DNA of 64,000 nt. Origin: Eledone cirrhosa. Lineage: Eukaryota. Below, piece after piece: positions 14,490 through 27,459 of this stretch; positions within the stretch are counted from its first letter, which is position 1; each line of letters starts with the position of its first letter. The stretch lies in assembly GCA_964016885.1 (NCBI GenBank), contig OZ024753.1, forward strand, positions 3,844,001 through 3,908,000. The letters run 5' to 3'. Both the position numbers and the translations under genes were made by a program. The notes beneath the pieces are model-generated. The model was not told the origin of the DNA and ran no database searches. It was given only the letters and a program-made list of their open reading frames with translations.

Positions 14490-15600
14490 CATCATTATCA
14501 ACATCATTATCAATATCATCATCAAAATCATCACTATCTTCCTCATCACCAACATCATCACCATCATCAGTAGCATCTTCACCTGCAGTAACAGCAGCAG
14601 CTGCGCAGCCAGCAGTAGCAGAACCCTCAGCAACTTCGTCATCAATACCATCATAACCATCGGTACTGGAGTCATCATCATCATCATAGTCATAACTAAG
14701 ATCACAGACAGCATTATCATCATAGCCATCAGTATAGCAATCAAGCTTCTGATCACCATCATCGTCATAATTAAGGTGATAATGATCATGATCATCATCA
14801 TCGCTATCACCATCACCACCTTACTCGCCGTGACCATCGCCATCATCATCGCCGCCATCACCATCATCATAATACTCATCATTATCATCATCAGCACCAC
14901 CACTAACACCATTTACATCATCATCATCATCAGCGCTGCCAGCCAACACCTTTAACACTGTACACCATCCTACCCCACCTGCTCAATTAACAACCTCCTT
15001 CCCTCATCATCATCAACATCATCCTCATTATCATCCTCCTCTCCTCCTCGTTATCATCATCCTCACTATCATCACCATCATCATTATCATCATCACTATC
15101 ACCATCACCATCCCCATCATCACCATCACCATCATCACCACCATCATTATTATCATCACTATCATCACCATTATCATCATCATCACTATCATCACCCTCA
15201 TCATCACTATCATCACCCTCATCATCACTATCATCACCACCATCATTATCATCATCATCATCATCACCCTCATCATCATCATCAACACCATCATCACCAC
15301 CATCATCATTATCATCACCATCATTATCATCATCATCACTATCATCATCACTATCATCATCACTATCATCACCACCATCATCACTATCATCACCACCACC
15401 ATCATTATCATCATCACTATCATCACCACCATCATCACCATCATCATCATCATCATCACTATCACCACCATCATCATCACCATCATTATCATCATCACTA
15501 TCATCATCACCATCACTATCATCATCACTATCATCACCACCACCATCATTATCATCATCATCACTATCATCATCACCCCCCCCCCCCTCATCCCCACCAC
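14490..15600. repeat. (CAT/CAC)n trinucleotide low-complexity tract
   Basis: Directly visible; explains the Met/Val/Ile-rich minus-strand ORFs. Confidence 0.95.
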
Positions 15601-15799
15601 CGCCGCCATCAGCCTCATTAGCATCACAATCATCTTAGGCAACAATAATAATGAAAAGTAAACAAGTGTGTACGACTTGTTAGAGGAGATGTTCAGACAC
15701 GTTGGAGCCTCACAACATATTTTACCATTGTTCTTCATTTCTTTCTACATTCACTCCATTTGAAGTGGAGACAAGAAACTTATTTGTTGCCTTATCCAG

Positions 15800-16537
15800 T
15801 ATTTCTCTCTCTCTCTCTCACCCAGCCACTCACTCACTCACTCACTCTCTACCACTACATCTATCTCTCACCCACCCACTCACTCATTCTCTACCTCTAG
15901 CTCTCTCTCTCTCTCTCTCTCCCACTCACTCATTCTCTAGCTCTCTCTATCTATCTCTCCCACTCACTCATTTTCTACCTCTACCTCTCTCTCCCACTCA
16001 CTCATTCTCTACCTCTAGCTCTCTATCTATGTATAATGTGTATATATACATATATATATATACACAGATATATATACACACACACACATATATATATACA
16101 CAGATATATATACACACACACACACATATATATACACAGATATATATACACACACATATATATACACAGATATATATACACACACACACATATATATACA
16201 CAGATATATATACACACACACACATATATATACACAGATATATATACACACACATATATATACACAGATATATATACACACACATATATATACACAGATA
16301 TATATACACACACATATATACACAGATATATATACACACATATATATACACAGATATATATACACACATATATATACACAGATATATATACACACACACA
16401 CACATATATATACACAGATATATATACACACACACACACACATATATATACACAGATATATATACACACACACACACACATATATATACACAGATATATA
16501 TACACACACACACACATATATATACACAGATATATAT

Positions 16538-16591
<54 letters not shown>

Positions 16592-16620
16592 GTGTGTGTG
16601 TGTATGTATGTGCATGTATG
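15800..16620. repeat. CT-rich repeat followed by a TATATACACAGATATATATACACACA-type minisatellite
   Basis: Recurring ACAGAT-anchored unit of about 26-34 bp at 16060-16550. Confidence 0.95.
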
Positions 16621-17518
16621 GGAGATAGAGAAAGCAATAAAGCACACACACAAACATATATACGTTATTAATTTTATATTATTTGCTCGACGGCTAAGCT
16701 TGACGCGTCTCGAGAGCATATGCATATCTCGTAATATATATATATATATGTAGATATATATATATATATATATATATATAGATATATATATATGATAATT
16801 TTATTTCACCCTCTAGCACAGCTGATACATAGAAGGCCCTATGCATATGTACATACACACATATGTACATACATACATTATACACACACATATATATATA
16901 CATACGCATAATACGTATATACATACATTATACATATGTACACACACACGCACACACTCATATATATATATGTACACATTATATATAGATTATACATATA
17001 CACACATACATTATGCATACATACATTATATGTACATACATACATTATATGTACATACATAATATATATATATATATACATTATATATATATATATCTAA
17101 AGAGAGAGAGACATAGATAGTAATTCATATAGCTATCAACACCTAATTATTATATCCTCACACATCCTCATCCATGAATATGAAGTGAGAAATTATACAG
17201 TCTCATGATACTAATAAACACCGAACGTTTTTAATTACAAATGTTGATGAGTTAGTTTGAACATAAAGATGGAATACACTACGTTCTTCATTTCATGTAT
17301 GTATACATACATAACGGAATTTCAGGCATACACCCATCATACACAAAAACACGTAGAAACGTAAATTGACAGACACATGCTCACACATTCACACGTTTTT
17401 ATGTACTTTTGCATGCACATATTCAAACTGAGAATTAATAATATATATTAATATTAAGAACAAATTCATGCACATAGTTATTATTATTACTATTATTATT
17501 ACTCATATATATATATAT

Positions 17519-18257
17519 ATAAACATAACGATTTACATATACATAAAGTCACAGATATATATATGCCAACCGTTCACGACGTGGCTCACTGAAGAATTAA
17601 TAAATTAAATAATCAGAGCAATATATCATAAATCATGTCCTTAGAATTCTTAGATAAAATATATACAATTTCCTCTCCTAATTAGCATAATTAACCATAT
17701 AAAAATTCAATTAGACCAGGCTATAAGAATAAAGGCTCCTATGAAGAAATATTTGATAAATAACCGAAAGCAGCCTCTTCGCGGTTGACCACAATAGAAT
17801 ATTTACCCATCATTTCAACAGCATGTAGAAACTGACCAAATATACCATCAACCATACACAATTAGGTATAAATTTAAAGTTAGAAAAATGTGAACATACC
17901 GTAATTATATCCCTACCATGGTTTCGTTCGTATTTTGAAATATCCTATTAAGGATAAATCTCAAGTATCGAACTCATCAGGAGACAAACTCAATAGGACA
18001 GTTAATTTTCCAAAGCGATCCCGCCCGAAATAGATTTTAAAAATGGCTAAGAATCGTGACGTGGCAGAGATCAAGTTAGAAATAATGTGATTAGTTGCTT
18101 ATGGCGAGTAGGCTGGTTGCTAGAAAGTGCAGCCCAATATCACCCAAATTGCATCTCAACCCAACGGGAGATTAATAAACAAAGATTTACATATATATAA
18201 AGTCACAGATATATATGTGGAAACCGTTCACGATGTGGCTCAATGAAGAATTAATAA
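17519..18257 (-). mobile_element. Retrozyme / non-autonomous Penelope-like unit: ~654-bp monomer with ~80-bp terminal direct repeat and an internal hammerhead
   Basis: Direct repeat GATTTACATAT.ATAAAGTCACAGATATATAT..AACCGTTCACGA.GTGGCTCA.TGAAGAATTAATAA at 17519-17603 and 18175-18257. Hammerhead at 17908-17986(-). The 3' end on the minus strand runs into (TA)n. No ORF. Confidence 0.65.
17908..17986 (-). ncRNA. Type I hammerhead ribozyme, complete core
   Basis: Minus strand: TGTCTC-CTGATGA-GTTCG[extended hairpin]CGAAC-GAA-ACCATGGT-A-GGGATA. Stem I TGTCTC/GGGATA (two G-U), stem II GTTCG/CGAAC, palindromic stem III ACCATGGT, GUA cleavage triplet. Confidence 0.85.
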
Positions 18258-18455
18258 TCCCCTTCCACCGTTTTTCCTCCCCCCCCCTTGTTTCTAAATG
18301 TCTCTCCACCACTCCCCCACACACCCTGGGAACTCTCTTCCCACCCACTTTTCTCCTGAAGATGGGCTTATGCCCGAACCCCCCCCCCCACTCAAGAGCG
18401 TGAAGCTAATAAACCTTTGTTTGTACTGCCTCTGATTTTGTTCCCGTCCCAGTTT

Positions 18456-18459
<4 letters not shown>
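18258..18459 (+). mobile_element. Penelope-like pLTR-type fragment with a damaged hammerhead motif
   Basis: C/T-rich stretch, then CTGAAGA-T-GGGC-TTAT-GCCC-GAAC (18356-18379; GAAA altered and followed by poly-C), AATAAA at 18408-18413, ending at (TA)n. Confidence 0.55.
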
Positions 18460-18494
<35 letters not shown>

Positions 18495-18994
18495 GGATTG
18501 AGTATATGTGTATGCATACTAGAGAGAGAGAGAGAGACGGGGAGAGATGATATAGGGTATTCTATAACAAAATATCTACTCAATGATATTCTATTTAAGA
18601 GTTAAATTGTCATAAGTAGTCGTAGATACTTCTTCTTTATTTCTTTTCTTCGCCCATTTATTCTTGAAACGGTCGCGGTGGTAGACTCCTCAAGTCGTCC
18701 TACACACAAGCTACTCGTAGGTTGTCTGTTAATTCCTAGCATCACTTAAATATGAGCCATGCAATCACATCTACTAGTTTACTTTTAGCTCAAGCACCTT
18801 TCTGATTATTTTTTCTTGTATGAAGTGAGACATACTTTTGAATGAATGCTACTTTTTTGTTATTCTTTCAGGAATCGCAATATTCTCTTTTTAACAGTCA
18901 CCAATAACTAACAATGGGATTCCAGCGGAGACGTTCCACAACCTCCGCATGCCCATAGCAAGTTTCTTCTCTTTTGATATTTTCCTGCTCCTTA

Positions 18995-19200
18995 GGACGG
19001 TGGATTGGCAGAACCGCTAGAACGTTGGACAACACGCTTTATGGCATATTGTTCAAATCTGAGTTCAAATCCCGCCGAGTTTAACTTTGCCTTTCATCCT
19101 TACGGTGTCGATAAAATATAGTACCAATCACGCACTGGGTTCAATTTAATAGACTTTCCCTCCCAAAAAATTCTTGGTCTGTTGCCTAAATCAGAAACCA
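18995..19200 (+). mobile_element. Main-family SINE (first of a tandem pair)
   Basis: GGACGGTGGATTGGCAGAACCG head, TCTGAGTTCAAATCCCGCCGAG, core AACTTTGCCTTTCATCCTTACGGTGTCGATAAAAT. Confidence 0.9.
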
Positions 19201-19203
19201 TTT

Positions 19204-19422
19204 GATTGGCACTCTCGCTAGAGGGTCCGACGCCATGCTTTGCAGCATTGAGTTATAGACTTTCACGTTCTGGGTTCAAATCTGGCCGAGGTTAACTTTG
19301 GCTTTCAATCTTACGGGTTCGACAAAATAAAGCACCAGTAATGCATTGGGGTCGTTGTAATCAAATTTCCTTTCGCCCCAAAATTGCTGACCTTGTGCCT
19401 AAATCAGAATTCATTATTATTA
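19204..19422 (+). mobile_element. Main-family SINE (second of a tandem pair)
   Basis: GATTGGCACTCTCGCTAGAGGGTCCGACGCCATGC head, TCTGGGTTCAAATC, core, and tail CCTTGTGCCTAAATCAGAATTCATTATT. Confidence 0.9.
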
Positions 19423-20176
19423 TATTCTATTTTCGAATTCGTTACGGGATCTGAAAAAAACTACAACTGATCAAACACAACATATGCATTGAACTTTCAA
19501 TGTGACTTCACCGTCACATCATTTCAAAGGCACAATATGTTTTTTTGTGCATCACATTTATTTAAAAAAAACATATGGTGAGTCCCATTATAGTGCCATC
19601 ACCTAAACCAACTAACCATAATCTCATACAGTAATTTTTGATGGTACAGCTCAATAATTTCATCCATGAGCATAGGATAGATAGCTGGCTTGCAAACTGG
19701 TTAATTTTTAATGTCATTAGATTTGAATCATTCCAAGTGCTGTCACTTCGTATAATAGAACGTTCTCACAATAGCTGCCGGAACTTCAACTCCTCTCATT
19801 GTCAAAATCAATTCCAGATCGTTTAATCTCTCACTCAGTTCTCCGTTAACTTCATTCGCTTTGAGTTCATATGCACGAATGGGTTTTGTCTTTATAAAAC
19901 TCTTGATCTAATTTGCTCTAACAATGTGATGGTCTGTTAAGAATTTTGCACGTCTCAACGCATGCAACCTGGCTACATGTTGCATGTCATAATGACGAAC
20001 AATTAAGATGTCAGTCAAGTGCAAGTGAATACATCCAAACTTCTTAAATATACAGAGACACAGACATACACGCATGTATGAATATATTTATAAATAAATA
20101 TATGTATGTGTGTGTCTGTGTGTACGTGTGCCTGAGTATATATATTTATTTATATATGTATGTGTATATATATATG

Positions 20177-20207
<31 letters not shown>

Positions 20208-20245
20208 CCCATATATATGTATATAGATGTATGTATATATGTATA

Positions 20246-20279
<34 letters not shown>

Positions 20280-20353
20280 ATATATATATGTATAATATAT
20301 ATATATATATATATACCCATATATATGTATATAGATGTATGTATATATGTATA

Positions 20354-20412
<59 letters not shown>

Positions 20413-20449
20413 ATAGATATATATATAAGTATGTATATATATATATATG

Positions 20450-20480
<31 letters not shown>

Positions 20481-20528
20481 GAAAAGTGTCAGGACCCCGA
20501 CGGCTGAGTTCCGGCCGTTTCGAACTAT

Positions 20529-20561
<33 letters not shown>

Positions 20562-20563
20562 CA

Positions 20564-20758
20564 TAACTAAGTAGGTGTGGTAAAGAGCCAGATGGACCAT
20601 AACGCACCAGAGTACTCAATAGTTAGGGTAGTAGAGTGGGTAATAGGAACATGTTTAAACCCGACGGCAGAGCTCAAGCGGTCTCGACGGCTATTTCTGG
20701 GGTCCAGAAATAGCCGTGGAAACAGCTTGAGCTCTACCGCCGGGGTTAAACATTTTCC

Positions 20759-20761
<3 letters not shown>
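20564..20761. mobile_element. (TA)n-embedded fold-back element, family A (hammerhead 3'-half palindrome)
   Basis: Inverted repeat 20643-20700 / 20704-20761 with 3-nt loop GGT; homologous along its length to 33398-33602; (TA)n on both sides. An extra fragment lies at 20481-20526. Confidence 0.75.
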
Positions 20762-20789
<28 letters not shown>

Positions 20790-21269
20790 ATAATAATAAA
20801 ATTGAAGACTAAAATCCAAAGAGGGCTCGATAAGGAAAATATATATCAAATATATAAGAACCGTACGTGTAAGTGTCTGTGGATAAAGAATAAGGTGAAA
20901 CAAATAACAAATAGGTTGCGTTACAGAATCTATGGAGTAGAGCTTCGTGAATATAGAAACAATAACGTTATATTAGTCAATCAATATTCAACAGAAAATT
21001 GCTCAAATGTTAACAAAGGAGTAACCTCGAAAATATATATAATTTTACAAAAATAGCTGACAATCAACGCAGTGACATTTGCAGTTGCATCATGCGTCGG
21101 GATTGTCAGATTTCAATGAAAGTAACAACATACGATATGCTTGCGAATTCGGCTTTTCGTGTTGACATGAATACACCCACAGATTGATAAATATGAATAC
21201 GTACTCACACACTCTTTCATAAACACACCCTCATACACATGCACTGGTGTGTTTGTGCATCTCTCTCTA

Positions 21270-21357
<88 letters not shown>

Positions 21358-21603
21358 GGGTGTGTTTTCTTCACATATCTATATAGCTAAAGAACAGGCG
21401 CCTGTTATGTGTGATTCATATTTAATGTTTCTCAAATGTATTCACTATTATATATATATACATATATATTCAAATATATATGTGTGTAAATACATATATA
21501 CATAAGCACATACATTATATACATATACACACACACCTATATACACACACACACATATACACACATATCCACAGACATGCACACACATACAGACACACAC
21601 ATA

Positions 21604-21653
<50 letters not shown>

Positions 21654-22310
21654 TGTGTGTGTGTTTGTGTGTGCGACGTCGAATTGGAATTGTAAATATT
21701 TAATTCACCATGTCACATCTATATCACTAGACATGTGAATGATAGCTACACCATCGGGATATTATAATCATACCTTATAACATATATAGTTAGAATTATA
21801 TTTATTATTCATAAATATATTGCATATGCCTTAATTATGTATCACCCAATGTTAGTTCTACTTCAAACAATCTACCTATACATCTAACCTAGTATATAGA
21901 TATCTAGATAGACACTACTTACGAACTATATATAGTGAGAGAAAGTTAGAGATAGATAGACAGATAGAATAATAGATAACAATTTGATAAATACTAAACA
22001 AACATGGGTTTATGCATTCTTATCTATGTATATTCCGCATAAATGCTATTCCTATTTAAAATTTCTAAATAGAAAAACACAACCACACTCATATAATTGC
22101 GACACGCTTCCGTTTATCCCGTTGGTATATTAGCATGTATGAGTGAAATTATTTGAAGTTAACTGGACGCTAATGAGATATTCTTCAATAAATGAACAGT
22201 ATTTCATTCCCGAATTGTCTATTGAAACTGACATATATCTATTGAATACTTTAGCAATAACCCCTGTCTTAATATTCGTTAAATATACGTACATATACAT
22301 ACATGTAAAA

Positions 22311-22541
22311 ACGCGTGGTTTTGTGGTTAGAGCGTTGATCTAGGACGTCACTCGGGCCAAGCTGTTTGGACATTGCTTTCCCATAATCAACATCGGTGAC
22401 ATGGAGAGGGGGAAACTGGCATATATGGGCAATTGCTGATCTTCCGCACAAAGACATACACACGCCTTGCCTAGACTTGTGTCTCAGAGGGGAACTTTCC
22501 ATGTGTAAAATCATGGGCTTTCGTGATCAAAGGGGCCCTAC
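22311..22541 (+). mobile_element. Second tRNA-derived SINE family, internally deleted
   Basis: A-box-like GTGGTTAGAGCGTT at the start and a GC-richer body ending CTTGTGTCTCAGAGGGGAACTTTCC..ATGGGCTTTCGTGATCAAAGGGG; unrelated to the main SINE. Confidence 0.5.
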
Positions 22542-22654
22542 GATATTTACTTTTATATATATTATTAGTACTTAGCTGTATACAAATATAGCTGTTGCTT
22601 TCAAAATGTTTATTCATAAACTTACCGTATATGTTTATATATACACATTTCACA

Positions 22655-23012
22655 TATCTATATATTATATATAATATATATATATAATATATATAATATA
22701 ATATATATATATATATAATACATCTATATAATATATATATATATGTAATATATCTATATAATATATATATATATCTATAATATATCTATAATATATCTAT
22801 AATATATCTATAATATATCTATAATATATCTATAATATATATATATATATATAATATACATATAATATATATATAATATATCTATAATATATATATATAT
22901 ATATATATAATATATCTATAATATATATATATATATATATATAATATATCTATAATATATATATATATATATATATAATATATCTATAATATATATATAT
23001 ATATATATATAA
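22655..23012. repeat. (TA)n / ATATCTATA-type microsatellite
   Basis: Directly visible. Confidence 0.95.
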
Positions 23013-23460
23013 TTAAATAGACCTATTAAGGGAAATAAACAACAACATCTTATCTAAACTTTTAAACTGGACAAACACAAAGAGTCTAAATAAATTAAAA
23101 AACGAAATGCATTCAAGTAACAAAACATGATTTAAACGAATTAAATTTTTTTTTCTTAAATAACTAAATCATGAGAAACACAACACAAAGAATAAACATT
23201 TGTGAACATGAATAAATAAGTTACCCATCTTAATAGCCACGTGCTTCTGAGGCTGACAAGAATTCAATCATGTCAGTTTTATAGTAAACGAGACGAACAC
23301 ACATAGAGACTTATTCATTTGTAAGTTAGATTAGATTTTTGTACAATACTAAATTTCTTTTAAATATGATACTATAAATTGTACGTTTAGTTATTCGTGA
23401 AGTGATAGACCTAAACCAGAGTAACATTGATGAGCAACAACTGTTATATATATATAAAAA

Positions 23461-23622
23461 ATGTGGGACCCCGACGGCTGAGCTCCGGCCGTTTCAACAG
23501 CTAGATCCGAACTTAGACGTTGGGGCCGGGCATTTTTCATATTACCTACTCTACAACCCCAAGTATCGAGTACTCTAGTAAGTAATGGTCTGACTGGTTT
23601 TTACCGTCTCCATTCTTATATA
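23461..23622. mobile_element. Family A fold-back element, diverged copy
   Basis: GGGACCCCGACGGCTGAGCTCCGGCCGTTTC followed by TATTACCTACTCTACAACCCCAAGTATCGAGTACTCT, the reverse complement of the family A long arm at 20600-20645. Confidence 0.65.
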
Positions 23623-24323
23623 ATATAATACACTTAGAAAAATTTAATAAATAGAAGACAAGTCAAAGAAATAAAAACAGGCAAAGCGGAACAATTTTTT
23701 GATGGGGAAATATTAAAATAAAATTACATACGAAAGACACCGAACTCTAGGGACTTCAGACATTGTACAGTTAGGCTGCCTACCAACAGTACTGCTGGTG
23801 TACGCAGGTTACAGTGTCTGACAAGCCAAATAATCACTTGCCGTGGAGTAAAAGTGAAGACAAAACAATAACGTATAGCAATTAAGTTATATGTACACAT
23901 AGAATTTTATATGACAACGGGGAAAAGGTAATTTTCATTTAATCGCACGAAAGACTCGTGAGACCGAAAGAACAGAAAGCAAACAAAAATGAAAGGAACA
24001 GAAAGCAAAGAAAAAAAAGAACAATGAAAGAAACAGACGAAAAGAAAGTAAGATACCGTGTTAGAAAATGTAAACCCTAAGAGTTATTGGTGTGGTGGTA
24101 AAGAGAGAAAACTTTCATCACATATTATATACAGCAAGTGAAATCAAGGCAAAACGAAACCTTTGTTTTAAGGGGAAAACGTTTTGAAAATAAAGATTCA
24201 AATGAAAGAAGAAAATCTGCTGTTGAGCTGGAATTTAGCGGTTTCGACCGTTCCCATCGTTACTGCTGGTCCACCCAGGGTCACAGAGTCTGACACAAGC
24301 CGTATGTATGTATGTATGTCCGT

Positions 24324-24745
24324 CCGGGAGAGATGACCCCTTAGCCTTTGTCAAGGCAGAATTCTAGGAGAAGGAAAACTCTGATATAACACCTGCAACT
24401 CTGATGGTATCCAATGATGTTGACTTGTTCTTCTTTTTGGTAAATATCATCTTGGTTAAGAGAGTGGGACTGGCTTTGTGCAGTGCCTTTGTTCACTATA
24501 AAAGCTTCACGGCACAGGCATTGCTTTATATCTGGAGATCTCACTGCTCTTGTCGTCACATGGTACCATGGGCCCATGGTACCATGGCACTATGTGTCAA
24601 TAATTGTCACAAGTGTAGTGTTTGTACCAGAGTTTTCAAGTCGCTGGCTGGACTAAAAAGGCACACTCGTTCAGTGCATCGGTAGGGGTTCTCCTACATG
24701 GATATAAAGTAGTGGCCGTACTCGAAAACGAGTTGGCAGCCACCA
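24324..24745 (+). mobile_element. Short bipartite RTE-derived retroposon, copy 1 (5'-truncated)
   Basis: Closely similar to 31073-31622. Contains TCTAGGAGAAGGAAAACTCTGA (RTE 5'-UTR-like) and encodes [22 protein letters not shown] (C2H2 finger typical of RTE ORF C-termini). Ends GGCAGCCACC before a microsatellite. Confidence 0.85.
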
Positions 24746-24812
24746 TGTATGTATGTGGTGTGTCTGTGTGTGTGTGTGCGTGTATGTATGGATGTGTGTG
24801 TATGTGTGTGTG

Positions 24813-24850
<38 letters not shown>

Positions 24851-26929
24851 CATGTTTATATAAGCACACATGATGTGTGCTTATATAATTTATGTCAGAA
24901 TATTACATATATATGTTATAAACTAAACACGAATAACGTAGGAATACGACGTATTTCGACGCTCACCAATAATATTAAAATGCGTAGGAATAGTAAAAAA
25001 AAGTTACAAAGAAATGAAAGTGAATATTATCATTCAAAAGTATTAACTAGGGAACACAGAACACATCGCAACTCATTACTAAATAATTTAAAAGAACAGA
25101 ATACCTTTGATGTCCCGATTGCACACGCCAATCTAACAGAGATTCAGAAACATGGTTTCCTGATTAGCATATCATAATTATTCCCTAAGCTGGAGATAAT
25201 GTAAAAAAAAAAATCTATGTATGTTACTAAATTAAACACAGCAGAAATCTCGGCAGAAAAGAAAGTGATGTATTTACGATACACGGACCCTATGTTTTTA
25301 ACAATTTCCCCACATTTTGTGTCGTGAAAGGGTCGTGCGAAAAAAACAAAACTCTATCCGCTCGATAAATGTCAGAGTATCTATCGTTGATAATTGCTAT
25401 GCGATTCGATATAACATTTCTCTTTTGAAACTTAGCGCCCTCTCGTTAATCGTAATATATATGCAACTGTGAAAAGCTACTATTACCCCCCCCCCCCCCC
25501 CTATATATATATATATGTAAGAATACGTTTACAAAGAACATGATTCTACCTATTTTGAAATAACTTGCTATGCTAACAGCACTCTTGTTAATATTTAATC
25601 AACTCTTATTGGCAACATGGAGGAAAAATGAATCACAGAAACATTTCAAAGGAATTGAAACATATAATCCGTTGATATGCAACTAGACACGCGATCCAAC
25701 TCAGCAAAGTGTGTAATTGGAATAGAGGAAGGTCAGCAAACCTCAATCTCAACGTGACAGCGACTCTAGATTAATTTTCTGCAGTCTGAAACTCCAACTC
25801 ATTATATTTCCAATGTAGGTAAAGAAAGTTGGCGTAAAAGACCATGAAATCCTAACGTAGCTCAAGTGTCAAGAATATCTTCAGTTTGTCACGCTCTTGC
25901 TTTATATCCATTGAGCAAAATACTATAACGATCCAAAATAGGTTTGTGTTACAAATTATTATGAAATGATGGTCACGTTGAAAATCTTACAGCAGGAAAT
26001 TTTATCATCAGAATTTTGATATCGACTATTATTCAAAACAATCCGTGTACATTAAATCCTATGAAAGTATTCCAGGATTGGAGCGCGTTGAAACATGTGA
26101 CGCCAGAAACCTTTTCTCATATGGTAATAATTTACAGTATTTGGGTCTTAATTAATCTTATGGATAGTTTAGAACATTCGGTATTAGCCTTTTTCAGAAA
26201 CGTATCAGCAATTCTTTTGCTGCAATTCATATATGACCTTCCTTCTCCAATTATTTTCTGACACTCTATTTAGAAAAATTTATTTCAAAGCCCAGATGTA
26301 GTATGTATGCTAATCATGTGTCGTCTTTGAACATTCTTCAGTTGGCCAGAGAACTACAATTCTCTGTCTAAACATTCCTCTCGGTAATCTCGGTGCATCA
26401 CCGAATTGTACATCGTTAGTTAATATTACATGGATCATAACCATAATCTACTTGCTATATATTGCCTTTAGCATTGCAGAATCGGCTCAGTCCAAAATAT
26501 ATTATTTTAGTGAAAAACATTATTTTAGGTGCGATTTGAAGTTTGCATGCTATAATAATTTATTTGATAATGTAAACATGTATAATTAAATAAATACATA
26601 AGGACCTCAAAAGTGTGAAATATTTACATAGAGCTGAATGTTGGACGGATAAACGCCTTGTAAAACTCATATCCATCTATAACAAGACTGAAAATCTGTA
26701 AAAATACGTTACACTTCCACAAATACCTAAATTTAGGAGACTTGAAATCTACTGTTAAACCCACAGAAGTTGAAAATACGGTAAGCACTTTGATATAATG
26801 TTCACACTGTCAAGTAAAGTAAAGCTGTATGCCTCAGCTTCATCTACTTTTGGCGTTTAGAGAAAACAGTCATAAGAATGGTTTAAGGACAATGATGAAC
26901 AGATATCTTTCCTCATTTGTATGAATAAT

Positions 26930-27113
26930 TGTTTCTATTTTAGGTACAAGGCCAGCAATTTCCCAGTACATTACTGGTACTTTATTTTATCGACCCCGTA
27001 AGGATGAAAGGCAAAGTTAACCTCGGCGGGATTTGAACTCAGATCATAAAGGGACGTAACTCTATGCTCAAAGCATAGTGTCCGACTCTCTACCGATACT
27101 GCCAATCCAGCAC
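26930..27113 (-). mobile_element. Main-family SINE with 16-bp TSD
   Basis: Reverse complement of the copy at 2708; CATTTGTATGAATAAT at 26914-26929 and 27114-27129. Confidence 0.92.
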
Positions 27114-27459
27114 CATTTGTATGAATAATGAAGCCTATAAAGCCGTACAACCTGCTGCAGGGGACAAATCTATTCATGCAAATATGAGTTATACAGACAT
27201 CGAATATTCAATGGGAACTTTTTTTGTAATAAAGATAAATCTAGGAATTAAATGGCATGTAAAGCAGCACAGGCCCCTAAGGATAACAATAATACAAAAT
27301 ACATTTACTTTAATATAGTGAAGTCTTTGGCCTCAATGAATATTATATTGCACTCATGCAGTCTAGAGATAGTAGGATACTTCACGGAGACACAGCATAA
27401 AAACACGCTGAGTAGAGCACTACTCTAAATACTAAAGAGCTTCTCAACATGTCTATTAT

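Noticed and set aside
14463-15738. Met/Val/Ile-rich minus-strand ORFs
   Set aside because: Translation of (CAT)n repeats; no domain or splice evidence.
17733-17776. AGGCT..ATGAAGA..TATTT/AAATA..GAAAGC-AGCCT as a plus-strand hammerhead
   Set aside because: The core reads ATGAAGA, the spacing is wrong, and there is no UH cleavage site.
23237-24301. Hammerhead-like halves near 23240-23290(-) and 24235-24285(-), and a ~40-bp diverged repeat at 23789/24260
   Set aside because: Core boxes are too degenerate to call.
24404-24685. 93-aa ORF ending in a C2H2 zinc finger, as a possible host zinc-finger gene
   Set aside because: It lies in a four-copy retroposon. The frame is open through the finger only in this copy, which carries a local CATGGTACCATGG duplication.
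25900-26600. Possible Tc1/mariner remnants (also about 1330-1580, 34340-34730 and 36240-37040)
   Set aside because: No TIR pair or transposase motif could be read with confidence.
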